Source: Longivirga aurantiaca
GTDB lineage: Bacteria; Actinomycetota; Actinomycetes; S36-B12; CAIYMF01
DNA: 32,000 nucleotides
Assembly: GCF_042660085.1 (NCBI RefSeq)
Contig: NZ_JBHSTI010000002.1
Span: 628,414-660,413, forward strand
Reading direction: 5' to 3'
A program made the translations under genes and the position numbers. How positions within the stretch are numbered: position 1 is the first letter of the stretch; the number at the start of each line of letters is the position of its first letter. Positions 8,375 to 19,900 of this stretch are shown here, in pieces. The notes beneath the pieces were generated by a model, which saw only the letters and a list, made by a program, of their open reading frames with translations, was not told the DNA's origin and made no database searches.

Positions 8375-9142
8375 TCAGAGCGCGGCGGCGATGATGGTGG
8401 TGAGGCGCTCGTGCGCAGGGACCAGCGACGGGCCGTACCAGGTGAGGTCGCGGCCGCTCACGAGCAGCGTCGGCACGCGCGTGAACGCCTCGGGCCCGTC
8501 GTACGCCGTGAACACGTACGGCTCGTCGGGCAGCAGCACGAGGTCGAACCGCGAGGGGTCGTCGAGCGAGGCGACCTCGACGTGCGGATAGCGGCCCTCG
8601 TGCCCGGCGAGCACGTGGGTGAGGCCGAGCCGCGCGACGAGGTCGCCGGTGAAGGTGTCGCGGCCGACGGCCATCCACGGGTCGCGCCAGACCGCGACGC
8701 CCACGCGGCCGCGCAGCGCGCCGGGGCCGGCCCACAGGGCCTCCGCCTCGGGCAGCCAGCCGGGCACGTCCCACCCGAGCGCCGCAGTGAGCAGCCGACG
8801 CAGCGAGGAGAGCGAGTCGGGCACCGACTCGGTGCGCGTGACCCACACGGGCACGCCGCTCTCGCGCAGCCGGCGCACGTCGAGCTCGCGGTTCTCCTCC
8901 TGGTTGGCGATGACGAGGTCGGGCGCCAGCGACCTGATCGCGTCGAGGTCGGGGTTCTTGGTGCCGCGCACCCGGGCGACGTCGAGGTCGGCGGGGTGGG
9001 TGCACCAGTCGGTGGCCCCGACGACGGCCGAGCGGTCGACCGACACCAGCGACTCGGTGATCGACGGGACGAGCGAGACCACCTGGGCGGCGCGGACCGG
9101 CACGTCCACCGCATGCCCGAGGTCGTCGTTCGCCATCGGCAT
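8375..9142 (-). CDS. helical-backbone metal receptor / cobalamin-type ABC substrate-binding-like protein
   Basis: RAAQVVSLVPSITESLVSVDRSAVVGATDWCTHPADL...PDLDAIRSLAPDLVIANQEENRELDVRRLRESGVPVWVTRTESV is BtuF-like. No signal peptide or lipobox visible. Confidence 0.75.
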   Translation of the reverse strand: MPMANDDLGHAVDVPVRAAQVVSLVPSITESLVSVDRSAVVGATDWCTHPADLDVARVRGTKNPDLDAIRSLAPDLVIANQEENRELDVRRLRESGVPVWVTRTESVPDSLSSLRRLLTAALGWDVPGWLPEAEALWAGPGALRGRVGVAVWRDPWMAVGRDTFTGDLVARLGLTHVLAGHEGRYPHVEVASLDDPSRFDLVLLPDEPYVFTAYDGPEAFTRVPTLLVSGRDLTWYGPSLVPAHERLTTIIAAAL

Positions 9143-9145
9143 GTG

Positions 9146-9163
9146 GCGACGGTATAGCGTCGC
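9146..9163. promoter_or_regulatory. divergent promoter/operator region with dyad GCGACG-GTATAG-CGTCGC
   Basis: Perfect 6-bp inverted repeat flanking TATAG; TAGCGT (9155-9160) could serve as the plus-strand -10; lies between the divergent 8375-9142 and 9202-9969 genes. Confidence 0.35.
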
Positions 9164-9201
9164 GATCGGACCCGGCGACGAGGCCGGGCGAAGGAGTGGA
9201 C

Positions 9202-9969
9202 ATGGCGCTCGACAAGGTCGTCGGCTCGGCTGCCGACGCCGTCGCGGACATCCCGAGCGGTGCCTCGCTCGCGGTCGGTGGCTTCGGCCTCAACGGCATC
9301 CCGTCGGTGCTGATCGACGCGCTGCTGGCGCAGGGCGCGTCGGAGCTGCGGGTGGTGAGCAACAACTGCGGTGTGGACGAGTGGGGCCTGGGCGTGCTGC
9401 TGTTCGCGAAGCGGATCGCGCGGATGACGAGCTCGTACGTCGGTGAGAACAAGGAGTTCGAGCGGCAGTACCTGCACGGCGAGCTCGAGGTGGAGCTGAT
9501 CCCCCAGGGCACGCTCGCGGAGCGGCTGCGTGCGGGCGGTGCGGGGATCCCGGCGTTCTACACCCCCGCGGGCGTCGGGACTCAGGTCGCCGAGGGCGGG
9601 ATGCCGTGGCGGTACGCCGCCGACGGCAGCATCGCGTTGCCGAGCCCGGCGAAGGAGACGCGGGAGTTCGACGGCCGCGAGTACGTGCTCGAGCGCGGCA
9701 TCACCACCGACTTCGCCCTGGTGCGGGCGAGCGTGGGTGACCGGCACGGGAACCTGGTGTTCGACAAGGCGACCCGCAACTTCAACCCGCTCGCCGCGAC
9801 CGCGGGCCGGATCACGATCGCCGAGGTCGAGCGCCTGGTGGAGCCGGGCGAGATCGACCCGCAGCAGGTGCACCTGCCCGGCGTGTTCGTGCAGCGCGTC
9901 GTCGCACTGACCCCGGAGCAGGCCGCCGACAAGCGCATCGAGCGCCGCACCATCACCAAGGAGGCCTGA
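9202..9969 (+). CDS. scoA: 3-oxoacid CoA-transferase subunit A
   Basis: ALDKVVGSAADAVADIPSGASLAVGGFGLNGIPSVLIDALLAQG...NNCGVDEWGLGVLL; ATG 9202 preceded by AAGGAG. GTG 9196 overlaps the RBS, so it is less likely. Confidence 0.9.
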   Translation: MALDKVVGSAADAVADIPSGASLAVGGFGLNGIPSVLIDALLAQGASELRVVSNNCGVDEWGLGVLLFAKRIARMTSSYVGENKEFERQYLHGELEVELIPQGTLAERLRAGGAGIPAFYTPAGVGTQVAEGGMPWRYAADGSIALPSPAKETREFDGREYVLERGITTDFALVRASVGDRHGNLVFDKATRNFNPLAATAGRITIAEVERLVEPGEIDPQQVHLPGVFVQRVVALTPEQAADKRIERRTITKEA

Positions 9970-9972
9970 GCC

Positions 9973-10617
9973 ATGGCGCTGACCCGTGACGAGCTCGCCG
10001 CGCGCGTGGCCCTCGAGCTCCAGGATGGCCAGTACGTGAACCTCGGCATCGGCCTGCCGACCCTCGTGCCCCAGCACCTGCCCGAGGGCGTGACCGTGGT
10101 GCTGCAGTCCGAGAACGGGATCCTCGGCACCGGTCCCTACCCCACCGACGACCAGGTTGACCCCGACCTGATCAACGCCGGCAAGGAGACCGTCACCGTC
10201 CTGCCCGGCGCCAGCTTCTTCGACTCGGCCACCAGCTTCGGCATGATCCGCGGCGGCCACATCGACGCCGCGATCCTGGGCGCCATGCAGGTGAGCACCG
10301 CCGGCGACATCGCGAACTGGATGATCCCCGGGAAGATGGTCAAGGGCATGGGCGGGGCGATGGACCTCGTCCACGGCGCCAAGCGGGTGATCGTGATGAT
10401 GGAGCACGTCGCCAAGGACGGCACCCACAAGATCGTCGACGAGTGCACCCTGCCGCTGACCGGCAAGGCTGTCGTCGACCGGATCATCACCGACCTCGCC
10501 GTCATCGACGTCACCCCCGACGGCCTCGTGCTCGTCGAGACCGCACCCGGCGTCACGGTCGACGACGTCCGCGCCGCCACCGGCCCGGCCCTCGCCCTGG
10601 CGCCCGCGCTTGCCTGA
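9973..10617 (+). CDS. scoB: 3-oxoacid CoA-transferase subunit B
   Basis: [36 protein letters not shown]...[14 protein letters not shown]; adjacent to subunit A. Confidence 0.92.
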   Translation: MALTRDELAARVALELQDGQYVNLGIGLPTLVPQHLPEGVTVVLQSENGILGTGPYPTDDQVDPDLINAGKETVTVLPGASFFDSATSFGMIRGGHIDAAILGAMQVSTAGDIANWMIPGKMVKGMGGAMDLVHGAKRVIVMMEHVAKDGTHKIVDECTLPLTGKAVVDRIITDLAVIDVTPDGLVLVETAPGVTVDDVRAATGPALALAPALA

Positions 10618-11266
10618 GACCACGGGCGACCCGTTCCTGCTCCTGGAGGTGCTCGGGACCATCGCCTTCGCCGTCTCCGGCGGCGCCGTCGCCGTCCGTG
10701 CAGGTATGGACTGGCTCGGCGTGATGGTGCTCGCCGTCGTGACGGCCGTCGGCGGCGGTACCGTCCGCGACCTCCTGCTCGGCATCACGCCCGTCAGCTG
10801 GATCGAGAGCCCGTGGCCGATCGCGGTCGCGCTGGCCGCCGGGGTGCTCGTCATCGCCCTCGGGCACCGCGTGCCGCACCTCGCCCTCGACTCCCGCAGC
10901 GCGGTGCTCGTGGCCGACGCCGCGGGCCTCGCGGCGTTCACGGTCACGGGCACCTTCGTCGCGCTGGCGGCAGGGGTCTCGGGCTGGATCGCGGTGGTGC
11001 TCGGCGTGGTCACCGGCGCCGGCGGAGGCGTGATCCGCGACGTGCTCGCGCGGCAGCGGCCGCTCATCCTCGTCGGCCAGATCTACGCGCTCGCCGCGCT
11101 GCTCGGCGCCGCGGTCGTCGTCGGTCTCGACGCCGCGGGCGCGGGCGAGGGCCTCACCCGCTGGCTCGCGGTGGCGGTCGTGCTCCTGGTGCGGCTCGCC
11201 GCGATCCGCTGGCAGTGGACGCTGCCGAGCTTCGAGCCGCAGGACGGCCAGCCCCGGGACGAGTAG
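10610..11266 (+). CDS. TRIC/UPF0126 family membrane protein
   Basis: Repeated glycine-rich TM motif ...[38 protein letters not shown]... and ...[23 protein letters not shown].... Start TTG 10610 is tentative. Confidence 0.88.
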   Translation: MPETTGDPFLLLEVLGTIAFAVSGGAVAVRAGMDWLGVMVLAVVTAVGGGTVRDLLLGITPVSWIESPWPIAVALAAGVLVIALGHRVPHLALDSRSAVLVADAAGLAAFTVTGTFVALAAGVSGWIAVVLGVVTGAGGGVIRDVLARQRPLILVGQIYALAALLGAAVVVGLDAAGAGEGLTRWLAVAVVLLVRLAAIRWQWTLPSFEPQDGQPRDE

Positions 11267-11272
11267 CGGCCC

Positions 11273-12628
11273 TCAGCGCACGAACAGGTGCGCCGCGAGG
11301 TCGCGCGGCGGGCGCTCCGCCGGGGCGTCGGCCGGATGCCCTACGGCCACACCGCCGAGCGGCTGCCACGACGCCGGCAGGTCGAGCACCTCGTGGACGA
11401 CCTCGGGGCAGAACATCGTCGAGCTGATCCACGCCGATCCGAGGCCCTCGGCTGCGAGGGCGACGAGGAGGTTCTCCACGGCAGCGCCGCCGGCGACCAG
11501 GAAGAGGTCGCGCTCGAAGCCGTTGCGCCGATCGTCGGGATAGGTGTGCACGGCGCCGTCGAGGTCGCTGAACGGCAGCACCACCACCGGTGCGTCGCGC
11601 AGCACGTCGCCGCGGCGCAGCCGCTTCGTCACCGAGGCGTCGTCGTACGAGTCGAGCGCGCGCAGGTCGCCCTCCCACCGCGCCGCCATCGCGTCGAAGA
11701 GGCGCGTGCGCAGCGCGGGGTCGCGCAGCACGACGTACCGCCACGGGGCCGTGTGGTGCGGGCTCGGTGCGGTGACCGCTGCCGCCACCGCGCGCTCGAC
11801 CGCGCCGGGGTCGACGAGCTCGTCGGTGAAGCGCCGCACCGTACGACGAGCGGCAGCGGCGGTACGACGGCCCTCCGCCACCGCCTCGGCGGTGCCGAGC
11901 CGGAACATGTCGTCGGCCGCCCGCCGCACCAGCACCTGGGCGCCCGGCCCGTCCTCGGCCCCGACGTACGCCGACAGCCCGCGCACCACGGCCACCGGTG
12001 CCCCGGAGAGCTTGCCCTTCACGAGGTCCGCGGCGGCGGCCACCTCGTCGGCGATCGAGGTCACCGTCATCTCGAGCGCGTGGCCGTGCGCGTCGACGCG
12101 TCCGCGGAAGTCGTCGAGCGGCGCGATGCCCGCGGCACCGATGGCGGAGTCGGTGAGGCCCTCGCGCCACGGCCGGCCCATCGTGTCGGTGACGACGACA
12201 CCCACGATCACGCCATGGTCGCGCTGCCACGCGGCCCGCAGCGCGCGGGCCGACGCGTCGGGGTCGACGGGCAGGAGCACCACGGTGCCGGCGGGGGTGT
12301 TGGACGCGTCGACCCCGGCCGCAGCCATGACGAAGCCGTGCGCGGTCTCCACGATCCGCGTGACTCCTCGAGGGGTCTGCCGCGTCGCCACCACGCGGAC
12401 GGTCTCGGCCGTGATGGCGTCCTCGCGGTCGTCGGCGGCCACCACGCGGCCCTCGGCCTTGCTCACGACCTTGCTCGTCACGACGAGCACGTCGCCGTCG
12501 CGCAGGCCCGTCGAGCTGTCGGGCCAGGCCACCGCGCCGAGCAGAGGGGAGGCGAGCGCCGCGAGGTCGGCGCCGGGCGCGATCTCGGGCAGCCCCTCGA
12601 CCGCCACCACCATCAGCGGCTCGGTCAC
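11273..12628 (-). CDS. fbiB: bifunctional coenzyme F420:L-glutamate ligase / nitroreductase-domain protein
   Basis: N-terminal CofE domain ([20 protein letters not shown]...[16 protein letters not shown]; [20 protein letters not shown]) plus C-terminal nitroreductase domain ([18 protein letters not shown]...). GTG start 12628 overlaps the fbiA stop. Confidence 0.93.
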   Translation of the reverse strand: MTEPLMVVAVEGLPEIAPGADLAALASPLLGAVAWPDSSTGLRDGDVLVVTSKVVSKAEGRVVAADDREDAITAETVRVVATRQTPRGVTRIVETAHGFVMAAAGVDASNTPAGTVVLLPVDPDASARALRAAWQRDHGVIVGVVVTDTMGRPWREGLTDSAIGAAGIAPLDDFRGRVDAHGHALEMTVTSIADEVAAAADLVKGKLSGAPVAVVRGLSAYVGAEDGPGAQVLVRRAADDMFRLGTAEAVAEGRRTAAAARRTVRRFTDELVDPGAVERAVAAAVTAPSPHHTAPWRYVVLRDPALRTRLFDAMAARWEGDLRALDSYDDASVTKRLRRGDVLRDAPVVVLPFSDLDGAVHTYPDDRRNGFERDLFLVAGGAAVENLLVALAAEGLGSAWISSTMFCPEVVHEVLDLPASWQPLGGVAVGHPADAPAERPPRDLAAHLFVR

Positions 12629-13638
12629 CGTCGGAGGTCCTCGGCGAGCGCGAGGGCTGCCGCGCAGATCGCGGCGGTGGCCACGACGTCGGTCATCATC
12701 AGCGGCACCGCACGCGAGGCGATGCCCGTCGAGGCCAGCCTCCCCGGGACGTCGGAGTCGGTGGCGTCGTCGACGAGCCAGCCGTCGAGGATGCCGCCGC
12801 CGTCGGCACCCACGGGCACGGCCGCGACCCGCGGGCCGTAGTGGCGGGCCACGGCCTCGGCCGTGGTGTCGACACCTATGGCCGAGAGGCACGCGTCGGC
12901 CATGCCGCGCACGGGGGCGCCGCCGACGATCGGGGAGACCCCGACCACGGGTGCCGCGGTCGCGCGCAGTGCGTCGCGCACGCCGGCGACCTGAAGGATC
13001 GTGCCCACCGAGACGACGGGGTTCGAGGGCGGCAGCAGCACCACATCAGCGCCCGAGATCGCTTCCAGCACACCGGGTCCCGGCTTCGCGACGTCGACGC
13101 CTACCAGCGGGAACGCGAGCGCGGGGAGCGACGCGCGGTGCCGCACCCACCACTCCTGGAAGTGCAGCGCCCTGCGCGTGCCGGGCTCGTCGCCGTCGAC
13201 GACGACGTGCGTCTCGAGCCGGTCGTCCGACATCGGCAGCAGCGTCACGCCCGGCTGCCAGCGCGCGCACAGCGCCTCGGTGACGGCCGACAGCGGGTAG
13301 CCCGCACCCAGCATCTGGGTGCGCACGATGTGGGTCGCGAGGTCGCGGTCGCCGAGGCCGAACCAGGTCGGCTCGACGCCGTACTTGCCGAGCTCGCCCA
13401 TGACCGTGAACGTCTCGTCCTCGCGGCCCCAGCCGCGCTCCTCGCTGATGCCGCCGCCGAGCGTGTACATGATCGAGTCGAGGTCGGGGCAGAGCTGCAG
13501 GCCGAACATCCGGATGTCGTCGCCGGTGTTCACGACCACGGTGATGTCGGCGTCGAGGCCGGACGTCGCGACGTGGTGGAGGAGGCCGCGGGTGAACCGG
13601 GCGCCGCCGATGCCGCCGGCGAGGAGGGTGATGCGCAC
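12625..13638 (-). CDS. fbiA: 2-phospho-L-lactate transferase family (F420 precursor synthesis)
   Basis: [23 protein letters not shown]...[41 protein letters not shown]...[17 protein letters not shown] 13638 preferred; Met at 13671 is the alternative. Confidence 0.94.
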   Translation of the reverse strand: MRITLLAGGIGGARFTRGLLHHVATSGLDADITVVVNTGDDIRMFGLQLCPDLDSIMYTLGGGISEERGWGREDETFTVMGELGKYGVEPTWFGLGDRDLATHIVRTQMLGAGYPLSAVTEALCARWQPGVTLLPMSDDRLETHVVVDGDEPGTRRALHFQEWWVRHRASLPALAFPLVGVDVAKPGPGVLEAISGADVVLLPPSNPVVSVGTILQVAGVRDALRATAAPVVGVSPIVGGAPVRGMADACLSAIGVDTTAEAVARHYGPRVAAVPVGADGGGILDGWLVDDATDSDVPGRLASTGIASRAVPLMMTDVVATAAICAAALALAEDLRR

Positions 13639-13709
13639 GGGGCGATCCTCGCACCCGCGAGACCGAGGCACACCGGGCGGCGTGCGCCCGCCGACGTAGA
13701 GTCACCGCC

Positions 13710-16340
13710 GTGGACCACCTTCGTACGGCGACCGCGCGCGAGACCGAGCGCGCGCTGGGTCGTGCCGCGCGCGGGGTGGCCCTGGACGTCGACGAGGCGT
13801 CGGCGCTGATGCAGGCGCAGGGCGAGCACCTCGAGCGGCTGCTCGACCTCGCCGGAGCGGTGCGCGACCGGGGCCTGGAGAGCGCGGGCCGCCCGGGCGT
13901 CGTCACCTACAGCCGCAAGGTGTTCATCCCGCTGACGCGGCTGTGCCGTGACCGGTGCCACTACTGCACCTTCGCGACCGACCCTGCGTCGCTGCGCCGC
14001 GACGGGCACGGCATGTTCCTGAGCCCCGACGAGGTGCTCGAGATCGCCCGCGCCGGAGCGGCCCTCGGCTGCAAGGAGGCGCTGTTCACCCTCGGCGACC
14101 GGCCCGAGGAGCGCTGGCCCGCGGCCCGCGAGTGGCTCGACGCGCACGGCTACGACGACACGCTCTCCTACGTCCGCGCGATGGCGGTGCGGGTGCTCGA
14201 GGAGACCGGCCTGCTGCCGCACCTGAACCCGGGCGTGATGTCGTGGGAGGAGATCGGCCGGCTCAAGCCCGTCGCTCCGTCGATGGGCATGATGCTCGAG
14301 ACGTCGGCGACGCGGCTGTGGTCCGAGCCCGGCGGCCCGCACTTCGGCAGCCCCGACAAGGAGCCCGCGCTGCGGCTGCGGGTGATCGAGGACGCCGGCC
14401 GGCACGCGGTGCCGTTCACCACCGGGATCCTGGTCGGCATCGGCGAGACCTACCTCGAGCGCGCGCAGTCGGTGCTCGACCTGCGCCGGGTGGCGCGCGA
14501 GCACGGCCACGTGCAGGAGGTCATCGTCCAGAACTTCCGCGCCAAGCCCGACACCGCGCTGCGGCACCGCGACGACCTCGGCCTGACCGAGTACCTCGCG
14601 GCCATCGCCACGACCCGTCTGCTGCTCGGCCCGCGGATGCGGATCCAGGCGCCGCCGAACCTCACCGATGCCGCCGAGTTCGCGCTGCTCCTGCGGGCGG
14701 GCGTCGACGACTGGGGCGGCGTCTCGCCGCTCACCCCGGACCACGTGAATCCCGAGCGCCCCTGGCCGCACCTCGACGAGCTCGCCCGCCTGACGGCGGA
14801 GGCGGGGTTCGTCCTGCGCGAGCGCCTCACCGTCCACCCGGAATACGTCCAGCGCCCCGACCCGTGGCTCGACCCGCGTGTCCGCCCGCACGTGCGGGCG
14901 CTCGCCGACGACGTCGGCCTCGGCGTGGAAGGCCTTGAGCCGCACGGCATCCCGTGGCAGGACCCGGACCAGTCCTACGCCGGTTTCGCCGCCGCGCACT
15001 CCGGCGGCCGCACCGACCTCAACGACACCGTCGACACGGAGGGCCGCACCGGCGACCGGCGCAGCGACTTCGACGAGGTGTACGGCGACTGGTCGCAGGT
15101 CGACGAGCACGCCCGCGACATCGCCCGCCGCGACGCCGAGGCCGGGCTCGGCGCCGTCGAGCGGCTCGACGCCGACGTCCGCGCCGGCCTGGCGCTCGCC
15201 GCGGACGACCCCGCGGCCCTCGCGCACCCCGACAACACCGCCCTCGCCGTCGCCCTGATGTCCTGCGACGGCGCGGGCCTCGACGCGCTCGCACGGATCG
15301 CGGACGACGTCCGCTGCGACACCGTCGGCGACGACGTCACCTACGTGGTCACGCGGAACATCAACTTCACCAACGTCTGCTACACCGGCTGCCGGTTCTG
15401 CGCGTTCGCCCAGCGCCGCACCGACGCCGACGCGTTCACGCTCTCCCTCGACGAGGTCGGGCAGCGCGTCGCCGACGCGTGGGACGTGGGCGCCACCGAG
15501 ATCTGCATGCAGGGCGGCATCCACCCCGACCTGCCGGGCACGGCGTACTTCGACCTCGCCCGCGCCGTGAAGAAGCACGCCCCCGAGATCCACCTGCACG
15601 CGTTCTCGCCGATGGAGGTCGTCAACGGGGCGACCCGATCCGGGATGTCCGTGCGGGAGTGGCTGATCGAGGCCAAGGCCGCGGGCCTGGACTCCATCCC
15701 CGGAACCGCCGCGGAGATCCTCGACGACGACGTCCGCTGGGTGCTCACCAAGGGCAAGCTCCCCACTGCCGCGTGGCTCGACGTCGTCACCACCGCGCAC
15801 GAGGTCGGACTGCCGTCGACGTCGACGATGATGTACGGCCACGTCGACAACCCGTCGCACTGGGTCGGGCACCTCGCGCTCCTGCGCGAGACGCAGGAGC
15901 GCAGCGGCGGCTTCACCGAGTTCGTGGCGCTGCCGTTCATCCACCACAACGCGCCCGTCTACCTCGCGGGCGTGGCCCGCCCCGGGTCGACGGCGCGCGA
16001 CGACCGCGCCGTGCACGCCATGGCCCGCCTCATGCTCCACGGAGCCATCGACCACATCCAGTGCTCCTGGGTGAAGCTCGGCGCCGAAGGTGTCGTCACC
16101 GTCCTTCAGGGCGGCTGCGACGATGTCGGCGGCACGCTCATGGAGGAGACCATCAGCCGCATGGCGGGCTCCGAGCACGGCTCGCGCAAGAGCGTCGAGG
16201 AGCTCGAGGCCCTCGCCCACGCCGCCGGACGCCCCGCCCGCCAGCGCACCACGACGTACGGCGAGGTCACCCCCGAGCGACGCGCGGCAGCGCTCACCAC
16301 CCACGCGCTGCTGCCGCTCCTGCCGTCCGCTCGGGCCTGA
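13710..16340 (+). CDS. fbiC: bifunctional FO synthase (CofG/CofH fusion, two radical-SAM domains)
   Basis: Two radical-SAM motifs: [10 protein letters not shown] in the N-terminal half and [10 protein letters not shown] in the C-terminal half. 876 aa, the canonical fused architecture. Confidence 0.97.
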   Translation: MDHLRTATARETERALGRAARGVALDVDEASALMQAQGEHLERLLDLAGAVRDRGLESAGRPGVVTYSRKVFIPLTRLCRDRCHYCTFATDPASLRRDGHGMFLSPDEVLEIARAGAALGCKEALFTLGDRPEERWPAAREWLDAHGYDDTLSYVRAMAVRVLEETGLLPHLNPGVMSWEEIGRLKPVAPSMGMMLETSATRLWSEPGGPHFGSPDKEPALRLRVIEDAGRHAVPFTTGILVGIGETYLERAQSVLDLRRVAREHGHVQEVIVQNFRAKPDTALRHRDDLGLTEYLAAIATTRLLLGPRMRIQAPPNLTDAAEFALLLRAGVDDWGGVSPLTPDHVNPERPWPHLDELARLTAEAGFVLRERLTVHPEYVQRPDPWLDPRVRPHVRALADDVGLGVEGLEPHGIPWQDPDQSYAGFAAAHSGGRTDLNDTVDTEGRTGDRRSDFDEVYGDWSQVDEHARDIARRDAEAGLGAVERLDADVRAGLALAADDPAALAHPDNTALAVALMSCDGAGLDALARIADDVRCDTVGDDVTYVVTRNINFTNVCYTGCRFCAFAQRRTDADAFTLSLDEVGQRVADAWDVGATEICMQGGIHPDLPGTAYFDLARAVKKHAPEIHLHAFSPMEVVNGATRSGMSVREWLIEAKAAGLDSIPGTAAEILDDDVRWVLTKGKLPTAAWLDVVTTAHEVGLPSTSTMMYGHVDNPSHWVGHLALLRETQERSGGFTEFVALPFIHHNAPVYLAGVARPGSTARDDRAVHAMARLMLHGAIDHIQCSWVKLGAEGVVTVLQGGCDDVGGTLMEETISRMAGSEHGSRKSVEELEALAHAAGRPARQRTTTYGEVTPERRAAALTTHALLPLLPSARA

Positions 16341-16347
16341 CCGCGCC

Positions 16348-16390
16348 CACGCCCGGGCCTCCTCCTGGCCCACCCCCGCGCCCGGGCGTG
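16348..16390 (+). terminator. strong hairpin downstream of fbiC, candidate terminator
   Basis: CACGCCCGGGC (16348-16358)/GCCCGGGCGTG (16380-16390), a perfect 11-bp stem beginning 8 nt after the stop codon; no U-tract. Confidence 0.5.
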
Positions 16391-16457
16391 TTGCCCCGGA
16401 GGCGTTCGCAGCGGCTCACGTGCGCGTCAGCCGTTCGGCCGGAATGCTGCTCCGGGG

Positions 16458-16487
16458 TTGACTCGCGGACACTTACATCGGTGTAAT
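16458..16487 (+). promoter_or_regulatory. sigma70-like promoter TTGACT-N18-TGTAAT upstream of whiB-like gene
   Basis: -35 16458-16463, -10 16482-16487. The spacer contains GACAC (16468-16472) and overlaps GTGT (16481-16484). Confidence 0.6.
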
Positions 16488-16580
16488 TCCCCCCAACGTC
16501 GGCGCGCGAGCAGCTGGACGTGGGGAATCCGGCACTGTGCGTCGCGAAGCGCACAGGGCCACGGTCGAGGAGGTTTACCG

Positions 16581-16844
16581 GTGAGCAGCAGCAATGCCAC
16601 CGTCCTGCCGCTGACCGACGCCGAGGAGCTCGGCTGGCAGGAGCGGGCGCTCTGCGCACAGACCGACCCTGAGGCCTTCTTCCCGGAGAAGGGCGGCTCC
16701 ACCCGCGAGGCCAAGCGCGTCTGCACGACCTGCGAGGTGCGGGTCGAGTGCCTCGAGTACGCCCTCGACCACGACGAGCGCTTCGGCATCTGGGGCGGCC
16801 TCTCCGAGCGGGAGCGCCGTCGCCTGAAGAAGCAGGCCGTCTAG
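16581..16844 (+). CDS. whiB2: WhiB-family iron-sulfur transcription factor (WhiB2/WhmD-like)
   Basis: LPLTDAEELGWQERALCAQTDPEAFFPEKGGSTREAKRVCTTCEVRVECLEYALDHDERFGIWGGLSERERRRLKK has four conserved Cys and the G[IV]WGG turn. GTG 16581 follows GAGGAGG; the ORF-track start at TTG 16458 is actually the -35 box. Confidence 0.9.
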   Translation: MSSSNATVLPLTDAEELGWQERALCAQTDPEAFFPEKGGSTREAKRVCTTCEVRVECLEYALDHDERFGIWGGLSERERRRLKKQAV

Positions 16845-16908
16845 CCGCACCGGTCGCGCCCGAGGGCCGACCGGAGCACCCATCCACGTCGCGTAGGGTC
16901 GTCGAGCC

Positions 16909-19900
16909 ATGTCCCACGACGAGCCTGCTCCCGATTCCCTCGAGGAGCTCCGCCGCCTCGGCGAGCACGTCCGCGACCTGTCGTCCGAGCTCCGGGGCGA
17001 GGCCCACGACGTCACCGAGATCGTGGCGACCACATCGGGCACCACGGGCTCGCTCGAGCCCGGCACCGAGGTAGCGCGCGAGGCCGCCGACGAGGCCGCC
17101 GACGCCGAGGCCTACCTCGCACCCGTCGTGCCCTCGGCACCGCTCGACGCCGTCCCGCTCGAGGACGAGGACGACGACCTCCCCGGCATCTTCCACGTCG
17201 ACGACCACGTCGACGACCGGCCGCCGCGACGGCACGACGTCACCGCCGTGCTCGTCGCGCACGACGGCGCCCGCTGGCTGCCCGCGGTCCTCACCGCCCT
17301 CGGCCGCACCACGCGGCTGCCCGACCGGCTCGTCGCCGTCGACACCGGCAGCACCGACGAGACCCCCGACCTGCTCTCCCGCGCCGTCGAGGCGGGGCTG
17401 GTGTCGTCCGTGGTCACCGCCGCGCGCGACTCCGGCTTCGGCGCGGCGGTCGCACGCGGCATCGAGGCGGCGGCCACCGCACCGCGCCGCGCGGTGCCCC
17501 TGCCGGACGGTGCCGACCCCGACGAGCCCGCCGTCCGCTGGGTCTGGCTGCTGCACGACGACAGCGCGCCGGCGCCGCACGCCCTCGAGGCGCTGCTGCG
17601 CACGGCCGACCGGCAGCGCAGCGTCGACATCCTCGGCCCGAAGGTGCGCGGCTGGGGCAACCGCTCCGCCCTGCTCGAGGCGGGTGTCACCGTCGCCCGG
17701 TCGGGCAACCGCTGGACGGGCCTCGAGCGCCGCGAGCTCGACCAGGGCCAGCACGACGGCGACCGCGACGTCCTCGCCGTCGGCAGCGCGGGCATGCTCG
17801 TGCGCCGCGAGGTGTGGGACGCGCTCGGCGGCTTCGACCCGGCGCTGCCGTTCTTCCGCGACGACGTCGACCTCTGCTGGCGGGCCCGGCGCGCGGGTCA
17901 TCGCGTGCTCGTCGCCACCGACGCCGTCGTGCACCACCGCGAGGCCGCGGCGCACCGCCGTCGCGACGTCCACGCCGGCAGCCCGCCGCACCCCGAGCGC
18001 CCGCACCGCATCGACCGCGCGTCGGCCGTGCACCTCATGCGCGCCCACGCCTCGGGCCTGCGCGGGCCGCTCGTCACCCTGCGCCAGCTCGTCGGCTCGC
18101 TCGTACACGCCCTCTTCCTGCTCCTCGGCAAGGACGCCGATGCCGCCCGCGACGAGTGGGGAGCGTTCCGCGACTCGGTCGCCGACCGGTCGGGGCTCAA
18201 GGCCTCCCGGGCCCGTGTCGCCGAGGCCGGCGCGGCGCCGGGCGCCGTCCCCGACAAGGACGTCCGCCATCTCCTCGCCGCGCGCGGTGCCCAGGCGCGG
18301 CACGCGTTCGACCGGGTGGCCGACCTCGTGGCCGGTCGCGAGCAGGCCGACGCGTCGCGGTCCGTCCTCGACTCCACCACCGACGACCCCGACGGCTGGT
18401 ACGACGACGACACGCGCCCCAGCAGGCTGCGCCGCCTGCTCAGCCGCCCCGGCACCCTCGTCGTCCTCGGTCTGCTCGTCACGACCCTGATCGGCGTGCG
18501 CGGCCTGCTCGGCGAGGGCGTCCTGCTCGGCGGGGCGCTCGTGCCCGCACCCGAGGGCGCCGGCGACCTGTGGGCGGCGTACACGACCGCGTGGCACCAG
18601 GTGGGCGTCGGCTCGGCGTCCGACTCTCCGGCGTGGCTGCTGCCCCTGGTGGGCCTCGCCGGGGTCCTGCGCGGGTCGGCGAGCGCCGCGGTCGACGTCG
18701 TGCTGCTCTTGTCGATCCCGCTGGCCGGCCTCACCGCGTGGCTGGCCCTGCGCGGGCTGACGATCTCCGCTCCGGCACGCATCTGGGCGGTCACGGCGTA
18801 CGCCACGCTCCCGGCGTTCACCGGTGCGCTGTCCGGCGGTCGGCTCGGCACCGCGGCCGCGCTCGTCCTGCTGCCGTGGCTGATCCGGTCGAGCGCGCGG
18901 CTGGTCGGAGTGGGGCGCCCGGTCACGTGGCGGCGAGCCTTCGGCACCGGACTGCTGCTGTCGGTCACGGCGTCGTTCACCCCGGTGGTGTGGCTGATGG
19001 CCGTGCCGCTGGCGGTCGCAGCGGCGTTCAGCGTCGCCCGCAGCGCGCCGGCGCGCATCCGCCTCGCCGTGACCGTGCTGCTGCCGGTGGTGCTGCTCGT
19101 CCCGTGGAGCCTGCGGGTCGTGCGCGAGCCCGCGCTGCTGCTGCTCGAGCCGGGCCTCGTCGGCCCGGTCGACCCCACGCTGTCGTCGCTCGACGTCCTC
19201 CTGCTCCGGCCGGGCGGCCCCGGCATGACGCCGCTCTGGCTGGGCCTCGGCATCCTCGTCGCGGGCATCGGCTGCCTCGGTGTGCGCGGCCGCCGCCGCC
19301 AGGTGCTCGCCGCGTGGGCGGTCGGCCTGGTGGGCCTGGCCACCGGTGTCGTCATGACGGTCGTGCGGGTGAGCGTGCCGTCGATCGACGGCTCGATCGC
19401 GCCCTGGCCGGGGATCCCGACCGCGCTGTGGGGCGGGGCTCTCGTCGTGGCGGTCGCCCTCACGGTCGACCTCATCCCGCGCCACCTGTCGGGGCGCGAC
19501 TTCGGCTGGCGGCAGCCGACGGTCGTCGCGCTGATCGTCCTGCTGGTGCTCGCCCCCATCGGCGCCCTCGCGCTGCTCGTCGTGGGGGCCGACGGCCCCC
19601 TGCGCCGTGGCGACCGCGACGTGCTGCCCGCGTTCGTGGCGGCCGAGATGCGCGGCGACGACCGCCCGCGCGCCCTCGTCCTGCGCCGCGCGGGGGAGTC
19701 GGCGATCGTCTACGACCTGATGTCGGTGCCCGAGCCGCAGCTCGGCGATCGCGACGTCGCGCCGTCGCTGGAGACCTCGGCCGTCCTCGACCGCCTCGTC
19801 GCCCGGCTCGCGGCCGGCATCGGCGCGAGCGAGGTGGACGACCTGGCGACCCACGGCGTGCGGTACGTCGTCCTCGCCGACGCGCGCGGCACCGAGGACC

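Noticed and set aside
8458-11067. 869-aa minus-strand ORF, plus the similar 844-aa ORF at 29374-31908 and 622-aa ORF at 27629-29497
   Set aside because: Antisense to well-supported genes (scoAB, TRIC, ahcY, CDF/SIS); no recognisable domains.
13530-19854. Very long minus-strand ORFs (947 aa and 1186 aa)
   Set aside because: Antisense shadows of fbiC and the GT gene, typical of high-GC third-codon bias. Composition is repetitive (AHLG/RRGRD-type) with no family motifs.
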